DNA of 62,621 nucleotides, counting the filler, from Nemertoderma westbladi (taxonomy: Eukaryota > Animalia > Xenacoelomorpha): assembly GCA_032718475.1 (NCBI GenBank). It is 3 parts of 3 records of this genome, joined end to end, with 100 filler letters (N's around TTAATTAATTAA, not from the genome) between each part and the next. Parts side by side here need not be neighbours in the genome. Positions count along the whole stretch, not along the records: positions 30,421 to 51,157 come from JAUCBJ010002395.1; 2 more parts are not named here. One strand, written 5' to 3'. This document shows positions 36,959 to 49,772 of this stretch, one piece after another; within the stretch, counting starts at the first letter, position 1; each line of letters begins with the position of its first letter. The position numbers and the translations under genes are program-made. A model generated the notes under the pieces. It saw only the letters and a program-made list of their open reading frames with translations. It made no database searches and was not told where the DNA came from.

Positions 36959-39900
36959 TACTATACAGTTATAATAATGTTATACTTATTTATAACCACA
37001 ATCCAGCAATCAACAAAATATGACAGTATGATCCTATTGCTATTAGGCAGTTAGGCTACCGGTAAATTCCAGTCCAACAGTTTATTAGGCTCTACCGGCT
37101 GACCGGTAACTAATTGCTAATACCGGTACTGTAATATTTATTAACATACCAGCATACCGGTGCGGTAGGGTAGGTAGCTCAGTCTGTCAGTACGGCAGTA
37201 CACGTACAGCAGTATGGGGAAATTAGCCCTATAGCAGAATAGGGAAACTTATTTATTTCCCTATAGGGAAGTTTTTATTTCCTGATAGGGAAATTATACA
37301 ATATCTTGGTTTTTATTTATTTTATTAGATTTTTATAATTTTTTTTTATTTTAGACCTTAAAATTCCTGTTTTACTGTTAATAATAATAAATAATATCTG
37401 AATAATAAGTGCTATGATTCAAAATATATCGGCTAATATTATTGAATATAAAACTATCGCATTTGAGGTGTGAATTCAAATTCAAATCCAAATTCGACTA
37501 ATCGCGGTGGCATTCCGCATGGGGTCATAAATTTCGTTTATTTTTGGATATATGGTCGGAAATTTTATAAAATGACACCTGATGAAATATTTCTGATGAT
37601 GGTGTATTGGTTTTCGAGATATGCAGTTCAAAGTTTGCGATTTATTCGAACATATCCCCAATGAAACCTACATAAAATCTTTCTGACTAGTGGGTGGAGT
37701 GTCATTTTATGTTTATTGTACACATATATGTCTCATACACATTAAAACCATGAATAAATACCACCCACTTCCACTTGTCAGACCAACTTTTCTATGTGGC
37801 CAAAGATTGGACTTTTCGACAAATTTTGTCTTTCTGAGGCTTGAGTTAGAGTGGTCTGAATAGTGGGTAGCCCAAAACATTTAGTAAATAGTTAGATATA
37901 CCAAAGTGCAAAGGGGAGTTCTGTGGTACAATTTTCATGTACCACCAGCAAGTCAGACTTCCATACCATCATCTGGAAAATTGAAACTTTCCAAAATTTG
38001 TGCTTGAAATGAATCATGAGTAGTACAGTAGTAATATGGATAAGGGAAACATGCATGACAAGTTTCGGATCCCACCCATGCCTTCTTCAGTATATATTAT
38101 TCAATTTAAAAGTTCAATTTTCAAAATTAATCGTCAGAGTAAATACTTTAGAACCAAGGTCTGCTTACGAGGTTGCTCTCATAACCAGCACACATTAAGT
38201 ATTTAAATGTTTTAGACACAATAAAGGCTGTTTTTTTCACCACCCACTTGTCAGATATTTTATGTGTAACATACAAAGGTAAATAATTTTAACATATTAT
38301 TGACTAATTTCAATACCCAATGAGTTACATACCATACCTTCTGATACTATTAATTATTATATCATAATAGAAATAAAAGCTGTTTGAAGTTCATCTATAT
38401 AATTCCCTAATCCCGGCCAAGGGCAGCAGGGAATGGAACGTAATACAGTATGTTCATTATGATGAGGTAAGTCAGTGATAATTAATATAGTTATTATGGT
38501 AGAAAAGATAATAGATCAATTATTGAGTATAGCCGTATTGTAGATCTTGCAATTCCTTTATGAACAGTGATCGCAGACAATGATCTGATGATGATATAAC
38601 GAGCCACTCCACCAAGATGAATCTCCAGTTTCAAGAAGTGATGTCACGTGTGGCAGGGACGCGGTCATACCATAGATATGATATTACTGCTGATGGGAAG
38701 CTGGAATGCCGAACTTTATCATCTTCTACAACGAAGAAAGTAAAGGCAGTTCAACGCAAGGTTGCTGCTAGTCCCTTGTGTTGATGTTCCTACTGATCAG
38801 ACAGATGAGGATGGGAATATCTGCTACAAGTGTAAAAAGCTTTGGTGTTAGCTTATTCAATTCCGCTAACCACCCCATAAAGTGAGCCGTTAAGCAATAT
38901 TGGGGAACACGAGGGTGAGCAATCAACCTCGTGTCACCCCAACAAAGTGGGAAGGAGAAAGCACACACACACACAATAAGGGTCAGGGGTTACACCCCTG
39001 AGAGAGAGAGAGAGAGCAACAGGGGCGAAGGGAAACCCTCCAGGGGAGGCAAAGGGCGACAACAGGGTTATTAGCCAATGGGGGGAAGGCATCGGTTGAG
39101 TAATGTAACACAGCCAACCGTGCAATATATATTATCAGTACAGTAATCATTTCATTCACTTATAGTAAGTCAGTTTAGCTAGGGTAGTACCGGAACTTCA
39201 ATTACCGTCTTCGTATACCATCCGTGTATCCAATATTGTATCTTATACTTTGTGTTATCATCAGTATACCTTATATCATATCTTATACTATTATACCCGG
39301 AGAACTATATACAGCGATCAATAACTCTCTTTACCTTTCACACACGGCGGGGACGCGTAGATTGAAAACCAGATAAACCGGGATCCTCCGTGGATCCCGT
39401 CACAGTAATTGAAACCAACTGCTGCCCTAAGCAATAGATACCGACAGTTACACGAAACTGACTACCAGCCACCAATCTAATCTTATATTGCGATCCGGCA
39501 ATTCAGGATGAGGGGGGCCGTCTGGAACCAGAGGACGAGTCGAGAGAAAGGATAGACGAGTCGGGAGGAGAGAGAGACGAGTCGACACACGACGGCGGTC
39601 GACGTGCCGATGTCGCCGGCCAGCCACAGGCCGAGGACGACGAACGGCCCACCGGAGCGGCGACGGTGGGGCCGACGGTACGACGCCGGACCCGGAGAGA
39701 TAGAGGAGACGTCGGCGAAGAGGACGTCGGGGTCAGCGATCGACTTCGACGGGCCTACAACGCGACCCGGAAACTGCTCAAAGAGACCAAAGGAGGGGCC
39801 AGGATAGATCAGGTGAAGTTGAAAAGGCGACTAGGTGAGTCGAACGAACACTTTAACTACCTAATGCGCTTTGGACAGAGAGAACTAGCCGAGGGGAGAG

Positions 39901-40932
39901 CGAGAGAGGTCGCCAGCGAACTGTGTGATCTATGGGAGTGTAGGGGTATGCAACCTAGTGTAGTGTACATAGGGCCATACTTAGTCGATGCCCGGGGAGT
40001 AAAATTAGTGGGTTGGAGGAGACCGCATGAGGGCGAATCCGAGGTTAACCCCTAAGATTCGGTCTCGTCGGTCGGAGGAAGTTCTGGGGGGTGGGGGAAA
40101 GTTAGTAGGACGGGAAGGCGGAGGGAATCCGTCACAACCGATAAGTCTGCTACATCCTCCGCAAAAGAAAGACGGGTGAGGGAAATAAATGCGGTGTACC
40201 ATCTCGATCTGATAGCGCAAGACCAGAGAGAAGTAGAGAGACAGTTAGAGGAGGGGAGAGCGCTATTAGAGAAAGAAACGGAACTGGCTAGAGAGACCGG
40301 AGAGAAGGCCGAGAAGGCCGCGAGAAGCTTTAGGGAGTGCGAGGAAATAGGGAGGATGGAATAAGAAGAGCGTGAGGCGAGAGAGGAAAGTGAACGTAAA
40401 GAGCGCGAGGCGGGACGTAGAGAGCGTGAGGTGGCGAGGGAGGTGAGACGAATGGAGAGAGTTAGGAGAGAGACGGAACTGGCCGAGCAGAACGCGCGGG
40501 AGAATAAGGAAAGAGCGGCAGAGGGGAAGCGTGTGCAGGATGATTTACATACTCGCCTTAGCGGGCTTATACAATACCAAACCAGACAGAAGCGCAAACT
40601 GGAACTGGCGCAGTTGGGGTTGTCAGAGAGTGACGCTGGCTCGGGTGCTTTCGAGGAGCCAAGGGCCGTGGATACATTTATTAATACCCCACTTACAGGG
40701 ACCGCACGACAGACCCGAGACTGGTGTGACCGTACGGGCGGGGGGGTAATAATAATAATACAGTAGACGACGTTAATATTAATAGTACCGTATTGGATAA
40801 TTCTAACCAAACCTTTATTCCAGGAAATATTCTACCTAGTAGTAGTAACTTAAATTTAAATACAAATAATCCAAATAATTTAAATAATAATACGAATTTG
40901 AATTTACAAAATAACTCAAATAATGTAATTAC

Positions 40933-41483
40933 TAGGGCTCGATCGGAGCTCCGGCCTCCGGCTCCGGCTCCGGCCATTTTGGCACCTCCGGCTCCTGCTC
41001 CGGCTCCGGTAAAAATATTGCCGGAGTTAATTTTTTAATAAAGTATTATATTTCGTGCATATTCTAATCTGAACAATTATTTACACTATAAGTACTGAAG
41101 TAAGCACTGTAGTAGGCCTACAGCTTCAATATCAAGCATAATACCGGTACTGCAGTATTACTTAAAGTCAATGACTGACTGACTGACTGTACTGCAGTAC
41201 TGGTACTGGCCAGCTGGCTGACTAGCAGACTATTACAGATAGGCCCTATATAAATAATAAATAAATTTTAAATTGAAAATTCGTAAATCTATAAATTATG
41301 AAATTAATTAGACCTACAGTATGATTGATTATGAGCGATTGGCGAACGATAACCATACTATTTTTTTTAAATAAATAATAAAATTTTTTGAAAAACTCCG
41401 GCTCCTGCTCCGGCTCCGGCCAAATTGTCCAACTCCGGCTCCTGCTCCGGCTCCGGCCAAATCCCAACTCCGATCGAGCCCTA
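40933..41483. mobile_element. hAT MITE
   Basis: TIR TAGGGCTCGATCGGAG...CTCCGATCGAGCCCTA, perfect 8-bp TSD GTAATTAC (40925-40932, 41484-41491), and (CTCCGG)n subterminal repeats. Confidence 0.93.
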
Positions 41484-41673
41484 GTAATTACGCAAAATAA
41501 CTCAAATAATGTAGTCACGCAAAATAATTCAAATAATCTTATCTCGAACGAACAAAATAATTCTGTTTCTAATTTTGGTGCACAAAATAATTTATGTGAA
41601 CTAGAGGACCAAATTGGTTTAACAGGCGACAATCACAGTGGTGCTATTAATGTGAACGTGTCGGACATACACA

Positions 41674-41885
41674 ACCCGGCAGACGGGGGCCTGGTAGGCC
41701 ACGTAGTTAGTAGGCAGGAAGTGGCGGGGTTGAGCCAACCCGACGGCGGCCTGGTAGGCCACGTAGTTAGTAGGCAGGAAGTGGCGGGGTTGAGCCAACC
41801 CGACGGCGGCCTGGTAGGCCACGTAGTTGGTAGGCAGGAAGTAGCGGGGTTAAGTCAACCCGAGGTGGGTCTGGTAGGCCACACA
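41674..41885 (+). repeat. 60-bp in-frame tandem repeat, ~3.5 copies
   Basis: Encodes DGGLVGHVVSRQEVAGLSQP repeats; unrelated to the 60-bp satellite at 30.4 kb. Confidence 0.85.
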
Positions 41886-42971
41886 ATAGTAGAGAGAGAG
41901 GCAGGGGTGAGTAGACCCAGCCGCAGTAGAAACATTGTGTCGACTGGAGAGGGGTGTAGAAGTGAAGTAAGAGGTAGCGGCGTGATATGTGGCGAGTGGG
42001 GGGGGGGGGGGGGGGGGGGGCTACAGGAGCCCCACAACGAGAAGTTAGTGGCGAGAAGGGGGGGGGGGGGGGGGGGCAGAGAGTGTCCCGCAAGCGTCGA
42101 CGGATAATGCGCGGGCCGAACTAGGTAAACCGCAACACCCGGCGACGGAGAGTAATAGGGGGATTGCGAATATCCCCAGCGGCGTGCGATCGAGCAGAGA
42201 GAGGCAGGTTGACGTCGCGAGAGGGCTGACGAAGCGTCGAGCCCGATCAGAAGAGGGAAGAAGAACAGTGGAATTTAGCCGGGAGATCAACGAGAAAACT
42301 CACGAGCAGGAATACTGCACTGAAAAGAGAAGAAGAGAAGATAGTAGGAGAAGTATCGCCGCGAACGATAGGAGAGCGAGGACGGATAGCGAACCGTCGA
42401 TAGTCGAGATGGGAACGGAGAGTCAGCGGGGTCAAACTTCGGGAGATTGCCGTCGTCACGGAGAGGCGCGACCTGACGAGGCGCACTACGCGCCGATAGA
42501 GGGGTACGCAATGTACCGGCACGAGGACGAGAGCAGTAGAGGGGGTCGAAGAGAAACTTCCCGACGGGATATACCTACCGATCGAGAATGCGGTAGCCGC
42601 GGGGAGGATTATTTGAGAAGATTAAACTTCGATCCCGAGCGACACATACAGACTGTGGAACATACTGTAGGCCTTACTGCACATACCATAGGCCATGCTG
42701 GCAGGAATAATGTAGGCGATAGTACAGCCAGTACAGCAGTATGACTACAGCATGCAAGGACATAACATATACCCAGGGGAGGGGGGAATTATTGCGGATA
42801 TGTGCATGGGCCCCAATATATTAACATCAACTCCAGTACCAAACATACCGGTGGGGGGGGGGGGGGGGGCAGGGTGACATTCCCCCATCACAATATCAAC
42901 AATATACCCCGATAGGAGCAAGAACAACGAGACCCTTGGATGAAAATAGATCATGCGACACAGATACCTAC

Positions 42972-43935
42972 TGTATTATTCGACTGATCTTAATATATAT
43001 AATCTCTGACAAATATTATTCACTTTCGGGAAATATTAACAGTTCCTTTAGGACGTGGCGCTCTAAATATATAAACAGAGTTATGACTTAAACCAGACGC
43101 AACGGGATGGCTATAGATTCACGTATATGGCGCATTCTTTAGGAGATGCTTCGTTATCAATCACAATCATACACACACAATGCTGCACAATGCTGCACAC
43201 CAATCTGCCGACCTTCACTAATTTTAGTCACATACAAAGAGAATAACAGACAATACATGTAGGGCCTATAAAATAGCATTAGATTCACTTCAAACCACTT
43301 AATATAAGTCGCAATCGTTATATGTAACCGGTCTCTCTAACCTTTAGTATATCAAGAAGATTGGGGTGTCTGATTATTGATCAGTATTCCAAATATAATA
43401 TTCTATCAACAAATATAATGAATAACCGACAGCAAAGCAGTAATGTTAAGGTATGAATGATTATGAGTGACTGAGTGAGATATGATCAGTGAGATAACGG
43501 ATATACGTTCTATAATTAAGCCTACTAATGTTGAACTAAAGACTGAAACACGGAGGTTCCACGCCGGTGTTGTAGGCTGTGGAAAAATCACATACTGACT
43601 CACTTCCCTAGTTTCTATATACCATCTCCAACACAGAGGCAAAAAACGCTCTGATTGGTCGACCGAACAAAGAGAGAACAAAGAACAAAGAGATGTTCTA
43701 CGTGGCAATATCAGCTGTTAGCCGTCGTCATGGTATCTACACTGTTTCAAGAGGATCCGGCGTATTGCGTCATAGAATTGCTAATCATGTCCGCTAAAGT
43801 ACACATACGGAAGAAATGGCTTTTATGTCCTCTAAAACAACAATACAGTAAGGACACGGCCTTTTATGCCGGTTAAACCAACTACAGAGTACTTTACGGG
43901 GAAAATAACCGGCTAATTACGCAAAAGCCTTTACA
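42972..43935. mobile_element. LTR-like repeat, copy 1
   Basis: TGT...ACA-bounded ~1-kb sequence colinear with 54534-55579 and clearly diverged from it. Confidence 0.75.
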
Positions 43936-44507
43936 GCTAATACACACACACCCCTCCAAGGGAGGGAAAATAGTCATATAGGATGTCGCTGCAAAACCAA
44001 TTACCTTTGTCAATTGGGTATTACAGCGATCTCCTGTGGAAATACATATATATAGTGATATAATGCAAACGTTGTCGTTAATGCACCATTGTCTGTCGAA
44101 TTGCTCGCGTTCGTGTTTGGGGAAGTCTAGCCTAGTTAGGTAATCCTGTTTGCTATTCTGAAGAGGGAAAAAACAACCCCCCAAAGAAACCCCCAATCAG
44201 AATGGCAGAAGGTGGATGGATATACGGAAATGCACTGATCAAGTACCACTTCCTATGCCTATTTCAACCATGAAAAAAAATAAATTGAGGCACTATTAAT
44301 TATTATTATTCTTACAAATTGAGATGGCGATTTTGGTTTCTAATAGAATAAATTCAGAATCGATAGATACAACACATACATGCTGTTGTGTATAGGTAAA
44401 TTAAGATATAATATATGACTATATATAATTTCGAATAAAGGATATATATAATATCTAATAATAATAGTAATCATATATTATGTTCATGATCAGTGAACAT
44501 GTATCAG

Positions 44508-45382
44508 TCATTGATTGAAGATACCATAACGCATTGAGCATTTATGAGTTCGTAGTCTGATGGCCTTATGTATGATTCGTAGCAAGAACTTCTCCATCGT
44601 CCTAATTTCTTTATAGTGTTTGGAGGCAGTGGTGGCCATCCCGGAAAGAAAACTATGGCTGGAGTAACCCTGTCCCATTATTTTACGTAAAACACCATTA
44701 ATGTGGTGGGCTTGAACTGATTCACCTGTTGACCATATAAAAAGTGGGGATATGTTTGGGCCACATTGATCTCTGAACTGTAGGTATATCTTCAGGCGAT
44801 TATGTGGGCACAATGGCCCACCCACCTTAGCAATGGGAAACTTTAGAGCTGAACGTGATGTCTTTGAACGGTCCAGAGTTATGATTATGCAATTAATTGA
44901 CATTTCGATATTAGACCTTGTCAAATTAACATATTCTGACACTCTCATCCCACCGAAGAAAGCCATTGTAAAAATGGCCTTCATCATTTGTATATCAAGC
45001 AAACGGTTGTTGTAAAATTTTGGTAAGGATTGCATTAATAAGTGTAGGTCGGCTGCCATTATAGGCCGGGCAACGGATGGAGCTTCATTGGCTCTTTCGC
45101 ATCCTCGTATAATATGTTGTAGCCGTCCCATATTTATATCTGATGAGCATTCTATGTTCATTAAAGTACTCATTATATCCGTATAGATGATGCCCGCAGA
45201 CCACTATAGTGAGACATAAGATTAAATGTTTCCAGAGTTCTTTGACAAACAGGAGTATGTGCTTTTCCTGCGATTCTGCAGAATAGTTTGTACTTATACC
45301 ATGCTGATATATACTTATTTTGGGTATTATGACTAAAACTATCAACAACAAGCTGATTTATTAAGGATTGGTGAATTTCCAT
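44508..45382 (-). pseudogene. Tyrosine recombinase of the YR retrotransposon
   Basis: N-terminal NTQNKYISAWYKYKLFC, then FFGGMRVSE, SKT and YSSHSFLSG (expected catalytic R replaced by L). LGRWRSSCYESYIRP lies in another frame; frameshifts near 45175 and 44605. Confidence 0.9.
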
Positions 45383-45577
45383 GGCGATGGATGTTTCATA
45401 TGGCTGGTAGACAATATATATATAAACTATTTATAGTTTAGTTCGTAAACTACTTAATAACATATGCTATTTTTTATAGATGCGATTATATATATTTAAA
45501 CAGTTTATGCTTGTGGGTAAACTATCCTTGCTGAATAAATTGGTTTCCTAAGGCTTTTTTAGGCAGCGATTTTACAA

Positions 45578-46601
45578 TCAGGACCCTCTCCCTAACATTG
45601 TTGATATTATTGTCCTCTTCATTATCGTACCGAGGTCGATGTCGGAACCTATTGTCATTTGTACCTCATCTAACATCGTCTGAGTCATCCTGATATCTCC
45701 TCTTGAAGTGTGATTCAGAATCCTCTCGGTTTTTGGATTTGCAATCAGGGCGATAATGACCCTCCCTGCTGGCAAACATGAGCCTAAATGCTGCTTGTCG
45801 CAGTTTCGACATCTGTTCATGTAGTCTGATCGCATGGGATGGTGAATAGTTGGTGGTCGCTCCCATCCTCCCTGATTGGTTTCAACATAGAGACGATGGT
45901 CTTTGTCAACCTTAAGTAAAAATCCAAGTGAATATAATGGGGCTATCTCGAGCATGTTCCGATAATAAGTCCATATCTTTGGTGCTTCTTCTGGATGGAA
46001 GGCACTCTTATAACTAGCAAGTAGGGCTAAGCAGTTCAACATTCCCCTGTGGATTCTACTTCGCGTTTTTCCCGTATTTTCCATTCAGCTCTTGCCGTTC
46101 AGCCAGTTCAGTTAGAGGGATATATCGGTTCTGCCAGCGAAGTTGATCCACCGTGTCCCTTTCAAGTGGTCGTGTTGATGACAATACCCCAGGCACTTCC
46201 TTGTCCAATCGTGTTTCTTGGCGTTTGTTTCCTTTCGATTGTGTTATCCCATCCATAGAATCATTTTGTTGAGCCTTCAACAAAACTCCTACAAACTTCT
46301 CGATGAATGTAATTTCATGTTCTTGGGCTGTCTCAGGTTGTATGTGTGGCTCAGGGGATATTGCTCTGACCGGAATAAAAAGAATAAAATCCTTATTGAT
46401 GGCTTTATTTAATTTGTATACTACACCAGAGAATGTTACCTGCTCACCATGATGCAACATCAGATATTGTGATGCACTACTTGGGGCTTCTGTGCCCTCC
46501 CAGATGGGACCCTCAGTTGACAGTTGTAATCTCAACCATGAGTTGCTTTTGCCTCTATATGCAACAGTGCCAATGGTATAATTTATCTCTGGAACTGACA
46601 T
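45578..46601 (-). pseudogene. gag-like ORF of the YR retrotransposon
   Basis: Two overlapping ORFs (frameshift near 46060). IWTYYRNMLEIAPLYSLGFLLKVDKDHR...W resembles the DIRS/Ngaro gag Y..I..LA..Y.W..V..YD..FR...W block. It is followed by CRNCDKQH...C and a frameshifted GHYRPDC knuckle-like motif. Confidence 0.6.
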
Positions 46602-46837
46602 GATGTTGTAGATTTTATATACTTATTGAAAACAAATTTACTTATCTATGCATGATATTTTACCATGAACCATGATACCGCTAAATGTTAAGATATATTG
46701 TTGACTGTGAAACGATGATCACCTTGGGATAGCTATAGTATTCATTTGGTATAAAGTATGAAAAAAAAATATTTATATAAAGTAAATAAAATACATTGTC
46801 TTACTTGTGGACATTGTAGCATTGTCTATGTTTATTT

Positions 46838-48757
46838 TTATACTGGATTGAAAATGGCTTGTTTGATTTCGAACCATTGGTCAAGAACAGGAGTTGGGTC
46901 TCCATTCATTTTTGGAAACAAAGCTTTGAATTTGCTGATCCTGAGACGGCTCAAGATATCTGGACCAATGCTGTCATGTCCTGGGATGTGCTGGCAGAAT
47001 ACCATTATTCCATATTCTGTGCAAGTGTGGAGAAGTAGGCGAATCAGTGTCATCTGCACTGGCTTATTGGAAGTTCCCTTTGCAAATGCATGTATGCTGG
47101 TCTCACTGTCACTATAAATTAGTAGCCTTGAACCACCAAAAGATTGCCCATATACTTTAACTGCGAATAGTATAGCCGCTGACTCTTTTGCTGCTATTGA
47201 TAATTGATTGTTAGTCATCTGTTCTGGTAGCCGTACTGAGAACCAGTCTTCATTACAAATACCTCCCAAACCAAACCCAGATGCATCTGTTGACAGGGTG
47301 TGTTGGCTAGGAGTCAGCATGGTTGGGTTTTATAAAGGTGCTTGATAGTTATGTAATGTGTGTAATGCAAATATCCAATATTCCAGGTCGAGGTGCAACT
47401 TACCTGGAATGCAGATCATCTTTTGATGCTTGGACACTGATATTGCATTAATGAGGCGACGAAGAAATGTGCGACTAGCACATACTGCTTTCGAGATGAA
47501 TGATAGTAGCGCAATAAGGCTCTGAAGCTCACGTTTATTTATCATAGTTCCTGATGCCATGTTTTGAAATCGGTGAATTTCTGCTAGGGCTGTACCTTGC
47601 TTGTCATTTGGCACAAAGAACTTTATTGAAATGGTGTTTATTCCAATCCCGAATACTGTCTGCTGGTGTTCAGGGGGGAAAGTTTTCTGGGTATTTAGAG
47701 GAATGTGATAGTGTTTGAAAATGTCAATTATCAAATTGAAAGTGTATGTGGCCAATTCTGGAATATTAACAGTTGTTATAATAAAGTCATCTAGTAAGTG
47801 ATCAATATTAGTGATATCTGATAACATTGTTGTTGTGTCTATTTCGAGTTCGAGATTTTGGCTAGGAGGACATGGAAGGATTGATAATTTGTTAATAATT
47901 GTGTCTTTTATTAGAGTACTATAATTTTGAAATATGCGACTTGCTGATCTTAATCCGAATACTAATCTGATGCATACAAAAAACATATTTCGCCATTTAA
48001 TTCCCAGGAGACACCAATCCTTCTTTGAGATTGGGATGATTTTGAAAGCATCTTTGACATCTAATTTTCCGATTAGAGCATGATTTCCACAGGACATGAC
48101 ACTATCCACGATATCATCTATCGTTGTATATGTCACAGTGGAATCTTCATCAGAAATAAAGCTATTTAATGTCCCTTTAAGATTGTGTGAGCAGTCAACA
48201 CAGAGCCTTGGCTTTTTGTTTTTGATGGCACTCAATGTTAGTGGGTTTACAACAATAAGGGAAGATGATGTTGTTATCTTGGGTACATTGATGAAGGGGC
48301 CTTCGATGAAGCCAGATTTAATTTCTTTGGTCAGTAACTCATCTACTTGTAGTGCATTATCAAGTGCTGACTTATTATTTTCACGGAATATAAATTTATC
48401 TCTGGGACCATGGTAACCTATGTTGACACCATTGGTTAACTGTGTGAGCAATTCTGCCATAAGTTGTTGATCAGGGTAATATTGCAAATCCTTCCTTAAA
48501 TTTTCTATGTGAATCGGGGTTGTTGGTTCTTTGTTTATCATATATTCTACTGAATGAATCGGTAAATCTAGGAATTCCTGCAATGTAGCTGCGGGTAATG
48601 TTGACGGTGTTGAGAGGGTTAAGAATTCACCACATGTTCTTGCATGATCATAAGGATATAACCTTTGTGCTGTGTCTAAGGTTGTCATGATCGGAGCTCT
48701 GTTTGGGATATCTGTGTTTATCTCAAAGTATTTGCTGAGAGCAAAGAACGGTGTCAT
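46838..48757 (-). pseudogene. RT-RNase H of the YR retrotransposon, one premature stop
   Basis: GVNIGYHGP, NNKSA, GFIEGPF, KLDVKDAF, FGLRSASRIF, HLLDDF. An in-frame TAA at 47330-47332 is followed by RNase H motifs STDASGFGLG, KE, SD, HIPG, DILSR. Confidence 0.93.
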
Positions 48758-48964
48758 GAGCTTTATTCTGCAGTTATACTGTTCGTTGATGAATAAATTA
48801 TAGCGATTATACCGTACTCAGCTAGTTATATCTAACCAACGAGTCAGCATAACATTATGATCCATAAGAAAGGGAAAAAAAAAGAAATAAATAGATATAA
48901 TACCTAGCTTCTGACAACATGCTGCCCTTGTATTAAGAGCATGTTATATAATAGGCTCTCATTG

Positions 48965-49772
48965 AATAAAGGGATCCGGAAATCCGCCTGTAGTCTGTCC
49001 TCCCATAAAGGGATCCGGACATCAGCCTGAAAGCTGTCCTCCTGTAAAGGGATATGGACATCCACCTATAGATATTACAGTATTAGGCTGTCCTCCCGTA
49101 AAGGGATCCGGACACCCGCCTGTAAATATTAGGCTGTCCTCCCGTAAAGGGATCCGGACATCCGCCTGTATATTAGGCTGTCCTCCCATAAAGGGATCCG
49201 GACATCCGCCTGTAGATATTAGGCTGTCCTCCCGTGAAGGGATCCGGACATCCGCCTGTAGATATTAGGCTGTCCTCCCATAAAGGGATCCGCACATCCG
49301 CCTGTAGATATTAGGCTGTCCTCCCGTGAAGGGATCCGGACATCCGCCTATAGATATTAGGCTGTCCTCCCATAAAGGGATCCGGACACCCGCCTGTAAA
49401 TATTAGGCTGTTCTCCCGTAAAGGGATCCGGACATCCGCCTGTATATTATGCTGTCCTCCCGTAAAGGGATCCGGACATCTGCCTGTAGATATTAGGCTG
49501 TCTTCCCGTAAAGGGATCCGGACATCCACCTGTAGATATTAGGCTGTCCTCCCATAAAGGGATCCGCACTTCCGCCTGTATATTATGCTGTCCTCCCGTA
49601 AAGGGATCCGGACATCTGCCTGTAGATATAGGCTCTCCTCCCGTGAAGGGATCCGGACATCCGCCTGTACAGCTGTATATTATGCTGTCCTCCCGTAAAG
49701 GGATCCGGACATCTGCCTGTAGATATAGGCTGTCGGCTGTCCTCCCGTGAAGGGATCCGGACATCCGCCTGA
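48965..49772. repeat. 44-46-bp minisatellite, ~18 copies, in the YR element 5' region
   Basis: Unit TATTAGGCTGTCCTCCCGTAAAGGGATCCGGACATCCGCCTGTAGA. Confidence 0.95.

Larger units (their letters stand above)
39510..42744 (+). pseudogene. Decayed long ORF, probably retroelement gag/ORF1-like (coiled coil, Asn-rich, 60-bp repeats)
   Basis: Consecutive ORF pieces (39666-40055, 40176-40766 with one in-frame stop, 40793-42107, 42184-42744). The 40793 and 41388 pieces fuse in frame when the hAT MITE is removed. No diagnostic domain was recognised. Confidence 0.45.

Noticed and set aside
38642-39404. Candidate LTR from TGTCACG to CGTCACA
   Set aside because: No second copy, TSD or primer-binding site supports the left boundary; mentioned only as context.
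42465-42510. Hammerhead-like CTGACGA-GGCGC..GCGCC
   Set aside because: The stem is followed by GATA rather than GAAA, and no stem III or stem I partner is present.
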